Shown here in pieces: positions 14,116-27,487 of a stretch of DNA of 64,000 bases (its first letter is position 1; the number at the start of each line of letters is the position of its first letter). Position numbers and translations under genes: made by a program. A model generated the notes under the pieces. That model did not search any database, was not told where the DNA came from, and saw only the letters and a program-made list of their open reading frames with translations. Location: contig OX597831.1 in the NCBI GenBank assembly GCA_951406725.2, forward strand, positions 14,756,001 to 14,820,000, written 5' to 3'. The stretch is from Octopus vulgaris. Taxonomy: Eukaryota.

Positions 14116-14403
14116 ACATACACAGTTCGCTGAACTACAAAATGAAATGCTAACAATAAAGAACCTGTTTGTGTGTGTTATTATTATTGGTGCAATGACT
14201 CTGTAAAGACACACATACAGGCACACAGACACAGGTACACACAAATATGTTACAGGTGTTTTGTATGCATATGCAATATGCATACATACATACATACATG
14301 TATGTATGCATACATATATATGTCTATATATATTATTCAAAATTCTGACTAGCTTTGTTTTCTTATATAATATCTGTGCAGCACTTTTAATAATCTACAC
14401 ACG

Positions 14404-14468
<65 letters not shown>

Positions 14469-14804
14469 GCATTTCTTCTGAATTAGCACGTCAAAATATA
14501 TTTCCGTAACTATTAAGAATTCGAGTGTTCTTAGCAATTTTATGGCGAACGATATATATTTCCACAAAAATTAAAACGAAAAAAATAAATTAATGCAAAA
14601 CCTTCAGATTTCTGACAGATTATTCCAGTCTTATTTTGCCAAGGAATATTCAAGTGAAGTCACAGAGATTTTAGTTGTGCTTTGTTGTTTTGTTCACTTT
14701 GCGATGTTTCTCTCGTAAAGATGTTTCTATGACACGCTTCTGTTGATTTGCCTCAAATTTAGAAATTACAATATATTTCTCTAATGATGGGTAAAGACCC
14801 CCTT

Positions 14805-15113
14805 CGCTCATGAATGTCCATGGGACTGCACCTAGAGAGTTTTCCTCCGAGGCCCAAATGCGGCCACGGTTGTTTATGCAGTCGCCCATTCATCCCAGCC
14901 CCTCCTCTTCGTTTCGACAATGTTATCCGAGGGAAAATTTAAGGCACTAAATTGGTACCAGGGACGTCGCAACTCTTTTCTACAGCTGAGTAAACTGAAA
15001 CCACGTGAAATAAAATATCTTGCTCAAGAACACAATACACAATCCTGTCCGAGAATCGAACTCACAACCTCGTGATTGTGAGTCCGACGCTCTAATCACT
15101 GAGTGATGCACCT
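14805..15113 (-). mobile_element. SINE family C (tRNA head, V-domain-like centre)
   Basis: Minus strand cagtgattagagcgtcggactcacaatcacgaggttgtgagttcgattc...ttcttgagcaagatattttatttcacg; homologous to 34591-34890 and 46005-46318. Confidence 0.8.
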
Positions 15114-15124
15114 TATGTATCGTT

Positions 15125-15518
15125 TTCTACTCTAAGCACAAGGCCCAAAATTTTGTGGGAGGAGGTCAGTCGATTAGATGGACCCTAATACGCAACTGGT
15201 ACTTAATTTATCGACTCCGAAAGGATGAAAGGCAACGTGTGACCTCGGAGGAACTTGAACACAGAACGCAAAGACAGACGAAATACCTATTTCTTTACTA
15301 CCCACAAGGAGCTAAAAACAGAGAGGACAAACAAGGACAGACAAACGGATTAAGTCGATTATATCGACCCATGTGCGTAACTGGTACTTATTTAATTGAC
15401 CCCGAAGGGATGAAAGGCAAAGTCGACCTCGGCGGAATTTGAACTGAGAACGTAACGGCAGACGAAATATTTCTAAGCATTTCGCCCGGCCTGCTAACGT
15501 TTCTGCCAGCTCGCCGCC
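15125..15518 (-). mobile_element. SINE family B, long dimeric form
   Basis: Head ggcggcgagctggcagaaacgttagc; the central domain gcctttcatcc(t)ttcggggtc..taaat.agtaccag occurs twice. Confidence 0.9.
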
Positions 15519-16303
15519 TACACGGACTAGCCTATCGTTTTCGTATGTCGTACAAACACATCATTTATTGTTTGCGTGATTACGCTTCAGAAATTGATAG
15601 AATGATAAAATGATTTTGGATACAAAGATTGTGGTGCAGTTAAAAAGCTTGCTCCATAATCTTGTTGTGTCGAGTTCGATTCGCTGAGCAGGAGTTCGGG
15701 TAAGTATTATCTATCACTCCTTATGTTGGATAACAGTTGACGATATATACTGAGAATCGTTAACCAGCGATGCTATTGTCGATCAATTACAATATGTTCC
15801 ATAAACGAACACGGATACATCTTAGTCCGCAACAACACTCCAATTGAATGGGCCATAATGCCACAAAAACTAAATTGAAAATGATAAAATGGATTCTGTA
15901 GTCTGGTGCCATTTAGACACGCCCAGGGCCAATTTTCGCAGAAGCGTATTTATGCTTTCCATACGAACAGACACACATACGCACACACTACACACACACA
16001 AACACGCACGCACACACACAAACACGCACGCACACACACACACACACGCTATTATATATTTAATACATTTTACTAAAGTACTTAATGCAGTCCCAATATT
16101 TGAACAAAGACTTTCTTAAAATAAAAGTTATTAAATTTGTTAAACATTTTTAGGAAAAAAGACAGACACGATCTGCGAGTCATTCTTTTTTCCAAGACAG
16201 TTTCATGAGAATTAATATCATTTATTTTAAGAAAATATTTCTTAAGACACACACACAGACAGATGGTTGCATCTATGTATGTATGTATGCATCTCTCTCT
16301 CTA

Positions 16304-16478
<175 letters not shown>

Positions 16479-16668
16479 ATACATGTATGGCAACAAACCA
16501 TCACTTTATCGGGCTGCTACTATATAAATTTATCAGAGATTTAGAAATGCAATATTTCTAATTATGTATGTATCTATCTCTCGCTTTCTCTTTCTTTGTG
16601 TGTGTGTGTAAACATATATGTGCGTGTTTGTATGTGCGTTGTGTGGGCGTGTGTTCAGAGAGAGCGAA

Positions 16669-16733
<65 letters not shown>

Positions 16734-16866
16734 TAGAGAGAGCAACAGAGGGTGGGAGAGAGAGATATAGACAGACGAAAGTGTAGTGATTTACAGGAGA
16801 CGGTTTACAGGAGACGTGATGTTCAAATTTTTGCAGAGTAAGATGCAGTAAATCTATATATTTATC

Positions 16867-17407
16867 GTGATGGTATGTTACCAACTTAATGTGACAGTCC
16901 CATGAAAAGGAAGAATACTACTACTATTTAGCCCCAGGAGACACCGTTTCCAGTTGGCCATGACACATTTTCTGTGTCCTTATGCTTTCAAAGCGAGGTA
17001 AGCATCTCAACCCAGCAAAGCCAGCAACCAGATACTAGTTTCAGAGTCATTGCTCAAAACTAGTCTGGAGTAGTATAAATCTCCCTGAGAGATTTAGACA
17101 TGTAATATTTCTATTTTCGAAATCAGTGAATTTATTTCACTTGAAATATATATGTTTTCAAAGGCAAATGAGCATCGATATCTAGCAAGCCATGCTACTC
17201 CAGTCTGATGACGAGCAATGACTCTGAAGCTAGTCTCCGGCTACTGGTTTTGCTGGGTGGAGGTGCTTATCTTTCTCTTTGAAAATATAAGGACAAAGAA
17301 AATGTTTTATGGCCAACCAACTGGAAACGGTGCTTCCTAGGGCTAAATAGCAGTAGCATTCTTCCCTTTCATGGGACTGTCACATTAAGTTGACAATATA
17401 CCATCAC
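16867..17407. mobile_element. Fold-back Penelope-like cassette with ~205-bp inverted arms, each with a decayed HHR
   Basis: Arms 16867-17075 and 17193-17407. Plus copy CCAGT-CTGATGA-CGAG caatga CTCT-GAAG-CTAG-TC-TCCGG; minus copy CCAGA-CTAGTTT-TGAG caatga CTCT-GAAA-CTAG-TA-TCTGG. Related to 42745-43025. Confidence 0.7.
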
Positions 17408-17789
17408 ATTATTGTGCTGCTACAGTATAAATCTGTCTGAGAGATTTAGAAATGTAATATTTCCATATATTTATCTTAGTCTCTCTAAGTCTCAGCTTGA
17501 AAGTTTTGACAGTTTATATGCGTAAAACAAAACAAAATAAGGAGTTATATATTTCATCAGCTTACGCACGTTTCGGATACATTGGTATCGCATAGGTATG
17601 CGATTTATATATTATCCATAGTAATCGAACCATATATAATCTGCTAAGCTTCTACAGAGATCGAGAAACTAGGTTATGTTGGGGTCAAACTGTCGATCTC
17701 GATCAAATAAGGATCGAATAAAACTGCATGATTATTAAGGGAATTATGCGTTATTTTGTGCTTTCTTCCATATGTATGTCGCTATTCAC

Positions 17790-18150
17790 TTTTATTTCAA
17801 GATTTCTACTCAATAGAGAAAGAACCGGTTTCTAACCTAGATACAAGACTCCTTCATTAGAATTTCAACATCGACCATAGGGTATTTTTTCTATGTATGC
17901 ATGCATGCATGCATGTATGCATGTATGTATGTATGTATGTATGTATGTATGTATGTATGTATGTATGTATGTATGTATGTATTCTCATGCTTATAGTCCC
18001 ATATATAGACATGCTCAAATATATTTAAATGATAAACTTATGAAACGTTTTAGAGATTTGTACAGTTCCAACGATGGGCTGGATCTTCGACTTAGCTATC
18101 TCCTTTCTGGTTTTGAGAAGCCTAATTTCTCAAGATTGGTATTTAGGCAG
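17790..18150 (-). mobile_element. Possible 3' end of a restriction-like-endonuclease LINE, interrupted by (TATG)n
   Basis: Minus strand ..RKEIAKSKIQPIVGTVQISKTF.. resembles the C-terminal LQ..I.GT..I.K motif of RLE non-LTR elements; weak match. Confidence 0.3.
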
Positions 18151-18250
18151 TTTGCTACGTATGTACGTGTGTATGTATGTATGTATGTATGTATGTATGT
18201 ATGTATATGTATGCATCCATGTATGTGTGTATATATGTATGTATGTGTAA

Positions 18251-18297
<47 letters not shown>

Positions 18298-18298
<1 letters not shown>

Positions 18299-19910
18299 TA
18301 GCATTATGACCCGTCGTTGCCGGGTCATAGTGCTAGTGCATGTATATATGTGTATATATATGTGTACATATTACATGTACATCTAAATATATACATCTAC
18401 ACATAAAATACAAAATACAAAGTTATATCTTGATATCTTGATATCGCTAGTGATAACAATACTCAAAATATATAACAGACTGGAATTGTTAGCCCGTCTC
18501 TTGTAATTTCGATCAATTGTATCTTGTACTCCCTCTTGTATAGACGTGTGGCTACAATTCAGCCTACCACTACTTCTGAGGGGCCATTTTAAATTTTTAT
18601 CCGGGACGTCCTACGTCCCAGATATAAAGGTAAAAATAAAATATTTCCACTTTGGAAGGTTCGAGTTGAGTACTCCCTTGCACGCTCCGTTGACTCGAAC
18701 CTTGCTTCTAATGTGGCGAATTTACAGCCTCTGGTTAGATATCTTTCATAGTCGCACCAATACACTTTTCGATGGTGCTTTCCTCCAGGTGTTCAAATCT
18801 TTTTTTCTCTACATTGTATACTTTATAAACAATAGTCTTTTCTTTAATTTAATTTTTTATTTCGTTTGATGGTGTTATCCTAGATTCACCGTCTTTATCG
18901 GTGATCAATCCGAAATAGGTTTGTATTTCTTCCATTTTAATTTTAATGAGTTCGTGCCCGCCGACGGCTGCAGCGAAATTCATTTTTGGACTTTCTTCTA
19001 TCGAAGGCATTCTAACAGAAATGCTTCTGCGTAAATGGTGAAAATATTGTCAATTTCCCCAAACAGGGACACAATTCAATTTTTAAACAATAACCAAAGC
19101 TCCTTCTCCACAAGGGGGAGGGTTACAGTTTACAATTATTTAACAAATGCAACACAACAACGTTTCCCTTACGAGGAACCAACAAACGTGATAACAATAG
19201 TTAAGCAGTAATAATAATAACAACAAACCTTACGGTGAATCAAAAAAGCAGTACGCAGTTGAAGCTTTAGTCCTTTATGTATAAGAAATAAACCAACAGC
19301 AGTACTCAGTAGAAGCGGCTGTTCGAGAAAACAGACATTACATACAGCCGAACGTCATATAGATACTTAATGCTAGCTAATTAACAGATAATCTAATGTA
19401 AAAGCCGTGGTAAACGGTATGTGCACAGCTCCATCTGGACTATTCTATTTCTGCACACTAATTTTATTTTTAATTTATTCCCATTCAGTAAAAACCACTT
19501 ATTCAAGTTCAAGTCATTGATGCAATTTTATACCAATTGCTATTTTTACTTTTGTTATGTTACGATTATATTATACTTTTGTTTGATTTTAATTATTACT
19601 TACTACATATAATTCAATTGTTATTATTATTTTTATTGTTATAGTGAAAGAATCTGACATAAAATAGAGAAATGTTTTTGTTTCACTTTTAACACGTAAT
19701 ACTGAAATAGTGGAGAAGATATGATATTGCTATGAGCTGGCCCTAGGCAAGAAGTTGAACATTTTTTTGCCCATGACACTACATGGACCCTAAGTAAGGC
19801 ATGTGTAAAATTTGAATGAAATTGGTTGTGTAGTTCTCAAGTTTTAGGGAAACACACAGACAGACAGACAGACACACACACATTCTCAGTTTTATATATA
19901 GATAGATAGA
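18298..19910 (-). mobile_element. Non-autonomous Helitron
   Basis: Minus-strand 5' end ATCTATCTATATATAAAACTGAGAATGTGTG..(CTGT)n near 19900; 3' hairpin GACCCG-gcaacga-CGGGTC followed by CTAG|T at 18298-18301. Confidence 0.75.
18480..19340 (-). mobile_element. LINE 5' UTR and degenerate ORF1-like fragment nested in the Helitron
   Basis: ATG at 19010: MPSIEESPKMNFAAAVGGHELIKIKMEEIQTYFGLITDKDGESRITPSNEIKN*, later ..LFLPLYLGRRTSRIKI. The (S/N)(Y/F)AAAV motif is typical of LINE ORF1; multiple stops. Confidence 0.5.
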
Positions 19911-20094
19911 TATATGCATTAACTCTCGTATTCTTATTCGCATACCCGGCCACCCTAGTTGCGTACCGTGAAATATAAATAGAACTTTTTTCGGCTTATC
20001 GTACTTCAATACGACAGATATCCTAAACCTTTCGTCTCAATAAACCACTATGGTTACTGAGAGTTGTTTTGTGTGTTTACTTGGACCCTTGGAT

Positions 20095-20160
<66 letters not shown>

Positions 20161-20210
20161 GAGGGAGGGAGAGAGAGGATCTATCCATTTATCAATATAT
20201 TGTACATACA

Positions 20211-20440
20211 GGGCGGCGAGCTGGCAGAAACGTTAGCACATCGGGCGAAATGCGTAGCCGTATTTCGTCTGCCGTTACGTTCTGGGTTCAAATTTCGCCG
20301 AGGTCGACTTTGGCTTTCATCCTTTCGGGGTCGATTAAATAAATACCAGTTATTCACTGGGGTCGATGAAATCGACTTAATCTCTCCGTCTGTCCTTGCT
20401 TGACCCCGCCTATATGTGTGGGCAATAAAGAAATAAATAT
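20211..20440 (+). mobile_element. SINE family B, short (monomeric) form
   Basis: ggcggcgagctggcagaaacgttagcac...gttcaaatt...ctttcatcctttcggggtcgattaaataaataccag...aataaagaaataaa. Confidence 0.9.
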
Positions 20441-22044
20441 ATTGCATATATACACCCGTTCATACATACAAGCACACAGACACACACTCTCACAAACACA
20501 TATGTATTAATACACGCATATATTAGTTGATGGTATGTTAATGTATATGATGGCGTTAAAACATGCTGCTGATGGTGGCGGCGATGTAAGCTGCGTTTCT
20601 ATTGGCTACTGTTGCGGTCAGCTGACGGTGGTTACGTTGATATCGATGGCAGAGATAGTTTTAAGTTTGCGCACGATTTTAGCCTCTTATTCGGGGGTCC
20701 CATTTCGTAGCCATTTTGTTTTAAATCAATTGTATATTTGTAGTTTAAATATCATAAGCTATTTCCAGATTTATTTACTCTCTTTTCTTCTACTGTATTA
20801 TTACGAATTACCTTGCCGCTTTGTTACACCTCTGCATGCAATATCATTATGGCATACAGGTGAATGCCTTCGTGTTCACGCGTTGCAGTTGTTGAATCCC
20901 AAATCCTTCACACCGTTTGCAAGTAATCGCATGCCAGCAGATTGTTATGGAATAATGCGCATCCGTGTCTGGAGTGAATAAGACGAAGTTCCACTAATTA
21001 GAAATTTCGTTTCGATCTTCTCTTTGATAAGCGAGACACGTGCAGAGGATGCAAGATCGCTATTTTAAGGATGATGGCGTTAAGAGATTTTGCTTTTGAA
21101 ACGAATGTAAGAAAAAATATTGAAAGAATCAAACGGGTGATGCAGTCACATCAAGAACTTAGGTAATACTACACACGCACATACATGCATTCACATACAT
21201 TCACATTCACATTCATACATACATGCATACATACACACATACCTACATAGGTGCAGGCATACATACATTCACAAATGCACATACACACATACACACGTGC
21301 ACACAAATATTTGTATATCTGTATGTGTATATATTAGAGTACCGATAACTAATGTCCGCATTTCAAGTTATGAGTTCAAATCAGCATGAAACATGTTGTA
21401 AATGTATTTATTCAGTAGAAATTATAAATGCCATCGTTAGCCATAATAATTTCCCGTCTTCGAAACTAGTTTTCTGATTCCACAGGAGAAATAAAAGAAG
21501 TAAAAACCTGGCTCTTTAGAAGACCAAAACGTTTGGCGTTCCGTTTCGACATCGATCCTGCTCCTGAAAATGTTTCCACTGGTTAAATATTCAAATGACC
21601 TTAATAAATAAAAACCTAGTGAACAGGGAATATAAGCTTGAGGTTCCCGTCCAAGTGACAGTAAAATTTAATATAATCCCGTGGCAATAATCTACACGGT
21701 CACTCGTTTTGCAAGTGAGGGGAGCCAAGTTTCTTGTATATTACCCTTCCGGCGGTCGATAAAATAAGGAATCAACCAAGCTCTGGTCCCGTCTTGGTGG
21801 GCCTGGGAAGAAACTCGTTCATTGCCTTTTCTCCTAAGAGGAATATTTTCTCTTTAATTGATTTCAGTCAATAGACTGTGGTCATGCTGGAGCTACGCCG
21901 TGAGAGACTTAGCCGAAGAAATGTGCCTTTATAAGATACAGTGCTATTTCAAAGAAATTTTGCTGCTATTTCTTGCAAGGTCAAGTGGCCGTGATGAGAT
22001 ATCCTCATTATCTCATTGAGTTAATTATAATTATTATTCTTTTA

Positions 22045-22434
22045 TACACTAGGCATAAGGCCCGAAATTTTGGGGGAGGAGGACAGTCGATTAGATCGAC
22101 CCCAGGAAGTAACTGGTACTTATTCAATCGACCCCGAAAGGATGAAAGCCAGAGTCGAACTCAGCGGAAATTGAACTCAGAATATGAGGACAGACGAAAT
22201 ACCTATTTCTTTACTACCCACAAGGAGCTAAACACAGAGAGGACAAACAAGAACAGACAAACGGATTAAGTCGATTACACCGACCCCAATGCGTAACTGG
22301 TACTTATTTAATCGACCCCGAAAGGATGAAAGCCAAAGTTGCCCTCGGCGGAATTTGAACTCAGAACGTAGAGGCAGATGAAATACTGCTAAGCATTTCG
22401 CCCGGCGTGCTAACGACTCTGCCAGCTCGCCGCC
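22045..22434 (-). mobile_element. SINE family B, long dimeric form
   Basis: Colinear with 15125-15518. Confidence 0.9.
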
Positions 22435-22654
22435 TTTGTTATAATTATTATTACGGGCTGTTTCTATCTTATTTTAGTTTTATTGATTTTATCGCTATTT
22501 AATCGATGTTATTTTGTTTGTTCTACGAGAAAAATCCAAGGAAAAGACCGTTAAGAATTCTTATCAACTCAGTGCTGAGCCAACTATTTCGTGTTTTTTC
22601 TAAAATGCAAAAATCCTTTTGAAATTTCTTTCTTTTTCATGAAAACCAACACGA

Positions 22655-22765
22655 ACAGCAACAGCAACAGCAGCAGCAGCAGCAGCAACAACAACAACAA
22701 CAACAACAAAACCCCAAATAGTAGCAAAATGGACGACAACGATGTCGGTGAAGATGATGTTGATA

Positions 22766-22811
<46 letters not shown>

Positions 22812-22812
22812 C
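22655..22812. repeat. (AGC)n/(AAC)n/(GAT)n compound microsatellite
   Basis: Direct inspection. Confidence 0.9.
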
Positions 22813-23802
22813 TGCAGTGATGGTAAGGATTGTAATATAAAATAGAAAAAAAAATTATAATTGAATAACAATAATAATGATATAGATAAGTCCCAGGATT
22901 ATGATGATGATGATAATTAATAATATAAATAATAATAACAGCAGTAGTAGCATCTGGAGGAAGCAACACCGTTAGTAGTAGTGTTAGTAGCAGTATTAGT
23001 AATTGAGAAGAAAAAAAAAAAACTTTGAACGGTTCCTTATTATAGGTTTCATTGTATGGCCCTTGGCAAATTGACAAACTGTACTTGTGAACGTGACGAA
23101 AATCAAATGCTTTATATTCCAATATAAATTCAATAACTTTACAGATTCTTAAGCACTGAAGCCTGCAGCTTTGAATCTAACTGGTCAACAGAGTATTATT
23201 GTTCATTTCTTTTGGCTCTCCAAAATTCTATTCAAATTGAGTGTATGTTTTTTTCTTTCAAAATTTTTATTCAGCATCGTTATTAGCATACCTCTTGATT
23301 CCACATTGGTAAACACAAGTTATTCAGCTACAACCTATCTTCAGTTGACTTCGTTTTCTCATTTAACTTTCAACGGTTTTCAGCATTCTATTTTCTTCTT
23401 CCTGCTTCTATTGTATGGGCAAATAATTACTTTAGTTTCGTTTCTTTCTTTTTTTATTTTTTGTAGGACACACTCTGAGACTTAAAGAAAAAGTACGTGT
23501 GAAAGCTGAATAAAACTCTAGCTACGAGATGCTAAAAGCAACTGATGTCTTGGTTTATCCATGTTTGGATTAGAAGAAAACAGTCAAAGAGACAGAAAAA
23601 ACATTAAATCATAAACAAAACACACAAACAACCAATATAAACAAATGAAAATAAATATTTTTAACTGAGAGTTCCTATGTCACTGAGTTTTGTTAAAGAA
23701 CACAAAAGCAGGATCTGCAAGAGATTCCAGCTCCACAAAACAAATGTTAAAGATCAGTCTTAGACGAAAATAGTTCTCTTTTCATTCTTTCATAAGTGTG
23801 AA

Positions 23803-24230
23803 AGGCGGAGAGGTAGCAGAATGGTTAGCGCGCCGGGTGAAATGCTTAGCGGTATTTCGTCTGTCCTTATGTTTCGAGTTCAAATTCCGCCGAGGTTGAC
23901 TTTGACTTTTATCTTTTCGGGGTCCATTGAATAAGTACCAGTTACGTATTGGTGTCAGTGTAGTCGCCCATACCTCTCCTCCAAAATGTCAGGCCTTAGG
24001 TCTGTAATAGAAAGGATTATTTCATAAGTATTAAACGTATCAAGCTGGCAGAATCGGTAGCACGCCGGGCGAAATGCTTAGTGTCATTTCGTCCGTCATT
24101 ACATTCTGAGTTCAAATTCCGTCGATGTCTATCTTGCCTTTCATCCCTCTGGTGGGGTGGATCGGGGGTAGATAAGATAAGTACCAGTTGACGACTGGGG
24201 TCAATGTAATCAAGTAATCTCCCTCCCTGA
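23803..24230 (+). mobile_element. Two tandem SINE family B copies
   Basis: Heads at ~23803 and ~24043, each followed by gagttcaaattcc and the ttcatcc..agtaccag domain. Confidence 0.8.
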
Positions 24231-24304
24231 GTGGAAACGATTAAATATTCTTACTTGCATATTTGTTTTAGTTATTAAACAAGAAATCCATAAAAGGAGA
24301 TTAA

Positions 24305-24610
24305 ATCTTCTATTTATTCTATCATTCTCTTTTGCCGAACCACTAAGATATAGTGATGTAAACAAACCAACATCTGTTGTCAAGTGATCGTGTTAGGGGA
24401 AACACATACACAGAAATACATTCATACATATATAAACATATAAGTATACGACGGGCTTCGCCACAGTTTCCGTTTGCCATATTTACTCACAAAACATTGG
24501 TCAACCCCAAGCGAATGTAGAAGACACTTTCATAAGATGGTGGGGGCTGTGTAACGGAACCCAAAATCATTTGGGCAGAAAACGATCTTCCAAATCAGAC
24601 AGCCATGTTT
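24305..24610 (-). mobile_element. Degenerate SINE family A
   Basis: tattctatc..ttttgccgaac..gacgggcttc..cagtttccgt..actcacaa..gtagaagacactt. Confidence 0.7.
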
Positions 24611-25061
24611 GCAGTTTTGGTAAAATGTGTTTTCGTATAAAAGGTGTCTTGAAATTGTTTAATTCCTAGACCTTTCTGTTTTCCTATTTCCACATATGTA
24701 AACATTTGTATATTTACTCAGTAATTATTTGATCTAAACACTCATGTGTACATAAAAAAATACAAAAAATTCTTTTGCTGAAAAAGTTAGAATACGACTG
24801 GATCATGTCCAGTGTTGTTCCACAAATATGTCTCAAACTAAAGAAATAGTATTTGTCGCAGATAAATATTGTGTTTTCCCTACAAGATAATTATTTATAG
24901 CTATTCCATGCATCAAAATTAAAACATTAAAAAAAACGTTTCCCGATATTTTCCTATTTGTAAGTAAATTTACATATTAATATTCATATTAAACAATGAA
25001 GGTAGAAATTGATTTTAATCAAGCTTATTTAAAGAATACGAAGATTAAACATTATATTACA

Positions 25062-25350
25062 TACAAAATGAAGAGGTATGACCACCAAAGTGGACTCCTA
25101 ATATGCTCGATATAGACGTCAAATCGCCTAACCACGAAGAGTGTGTTCTCATGAAAAACATTTCAGCAAAACGCCATTAAACGGTCATTAATTTTATTTC
25201 GCATAATTCTATTTGTTTTGCTCATTTTTACATTCTAGCGTTTCGCTGAATTTTTTTCTTGAGAACACACTCTTCGTGGTTAGGCGATTTGACGTCTATA
25301 TCTAGCATATTAGGAGTCTACTTTGGTGGTCATTCCTCTTAATTTTGCGT
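25062..25350. repeat. Fold-back of the 'ggcgatttgacgtctat' repeat (~115-bp arms)
   Basis: 25062-25176 is the reverse complement of 25236-25350. Confidence 0.8.
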
Positions 25351-26082
25351 GTATTAATATTCATATATATTCTAGCCTCGCCGTGAACTTAGGTCCTTCA
25401 GAGCTTTTCAGGCAGCTTCGGATGATGGCAAAACTGGCACCATTGTTATTTATCAATCGAACTACATCCAATACCACTCCTTCATAATTCCGAAACTAAA
25501 CACGGAAAGCTATTCATTAAAGTGTCAGAGAAGTTCTGGCACATTTACAAAAGATTACAACACTGACATCTTGACAACACTCCATCAAACAATACAGCGT
25601 CAGTTATATTGCCTCCCGTTTATATTTGTTCATTATCGTAGATTTGGCAAAGCTATTTAGATATTTGTATTTAGTGGCGTCCACCAATAGAAAACAAGTT
25701 GTTAATATTATTCGATATTACATGAGACCAATGGTATCATACACTGTTTTAAATATTTTACTCGCTCTGTAATATACACGTAAGAGTATCATACCAATTC
25801 TGTGTTGAAGACAATTCGCTAATTACATTTATCCAATTATGGAAACTACTGCAAAAATAACGCTCAGTTCTTCCCAGCAAGAGTTGCATGCGGGTTACAT
25901 TATCAGAAATTTTGGTGAGAGCGACCCAGTTATTTCTATCGACCCCAGTACCCAAGGGATATTTATTTTGTCAGCTCATAAACATACAAGGTAAGGTAAG
26001 GTTGTCTTCAATAGTATTTGACTAGCAGTAAAAAGAGCTGGATCATAGTTTTTTTCTATCTATATCTATATATATGTATGTT

Positions 26083-26212
<130 letters not shown>

Positions 26213-26257
26213 GCAAGTAAACTATCTCTGTGTGTGCATCTGTGCGTGTGCGAGCGC

Positions 26258-26294
<37 letters not shown>

Positions 26295-26299
26295 TATGT

Positions 26300-26455
26300 T
26301 GGTGTGTTTACGTTTCTGTCACTTAGCGGTTCGGCAAGATTGACCGATAGAATAAGTACTAGACTTACAAAGAATAAGTCCTGGGTTTCGATTTGCTCGA
26401 CTAAAGGTGGTGCTCCAGCATGGCCTCAGTCAAATGACTGAAACAAATAGAAGAA
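26300..26455 (+). mobile_element. SINE family A tail
   Basis: cacttagcggttcggcaa..gaccgatagaataagtact..gctccagcatggcc..aaatgactgaaacaa. Confidence 0.85.
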
Positions 26456-26473
26456 AAAAAAAATATATATATA

Positions 26474-26710
26474 GGTGTCTCGAATCGAAACAGCTGTCAG
26501 AGATGCTGTCTAATATATATTAATTAATAAATAATTATTAATTATCCCTCTATTTTCTTATCCTCTTAAAAAATATATAAACCACAGTTTACCCAGCTAC
26601 CTTGCAGTTGAATACTGTAGTACTCAACACTTTTTAGATAGGTAACTAACCAGTATTTTTATTGGAATTTATTATCCCTTAGTGAGGTTTGTAACCTTTG
26701 TTTGAACTTA
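26474..26710 (+). mobile_element. 5'-truncated Penelope-like terminal cassette
   Basis: Starts inside an HHR (..TC-GAAA-CAGCTG-TC-AGAGA, palindromic loop III), then aataaa, and ends in (TA)n. Confidence 0.45.
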
Positions 26711-26713
26711 TAT

Positions 26714-26868
<155 letters not shown>

Positions 26869-27376
26869 TATATTGTTCAAATGTAGAGAAAACAGAAGAC
26901 GAAGACAGGTGAAGGAACGACAAACTGGTGTTTTAGTTTAACGTTTTGGATGAATTGACGTTTCGAGCCGACGTGCTTCGGCAGAAAATATTGAGAAAAA
27001 AAAAGCGGAGAGAACGAAAAACGAAAAACAGAGAGGGAAAAATGTGTAGAGAATAACGGTTCAGCATGGTGAAAGGGCTGGAAGAAAGAGGGTGAGTGAA
27101 AGGGACATAATAACGGTGAACCGGCCGAACAAGTGTGTGCAAGCGCATGTCTGTATGTGAAAATGGAGTGTGTGAGTGTCTGTGTGTGAATGAGGGCGAG
27201 TGCGCGAGTATGTATGTGTGAGCGAGCTAAAAATTACCTGAGCCTGTGTGTGTGCATATGTGTATAAGTATTATAGTGTGTACATTTTGTAGAGTGATGT
27301 GCGTTTCATATACTAATATATGCGTGTGTGCGTTTGCGTATTGACCTGTGTATATATGTGTGGGGTTATCATGTGT

Positions 27377-27423
<47 letters not shown>

Positions 27424-27439
27424 TGGGGGGGGTTATCAC

Positions 27440-27487
<48 letters not shown>

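Noticed and set aside
25375-25720. Possible minus-strand exon (..YEGVVLDVVRLINNNGASFAIIRSCLKSS..)
   Set aside because: No recognisable domain or convincing splice-site pair; could be decayed transposon sequence.
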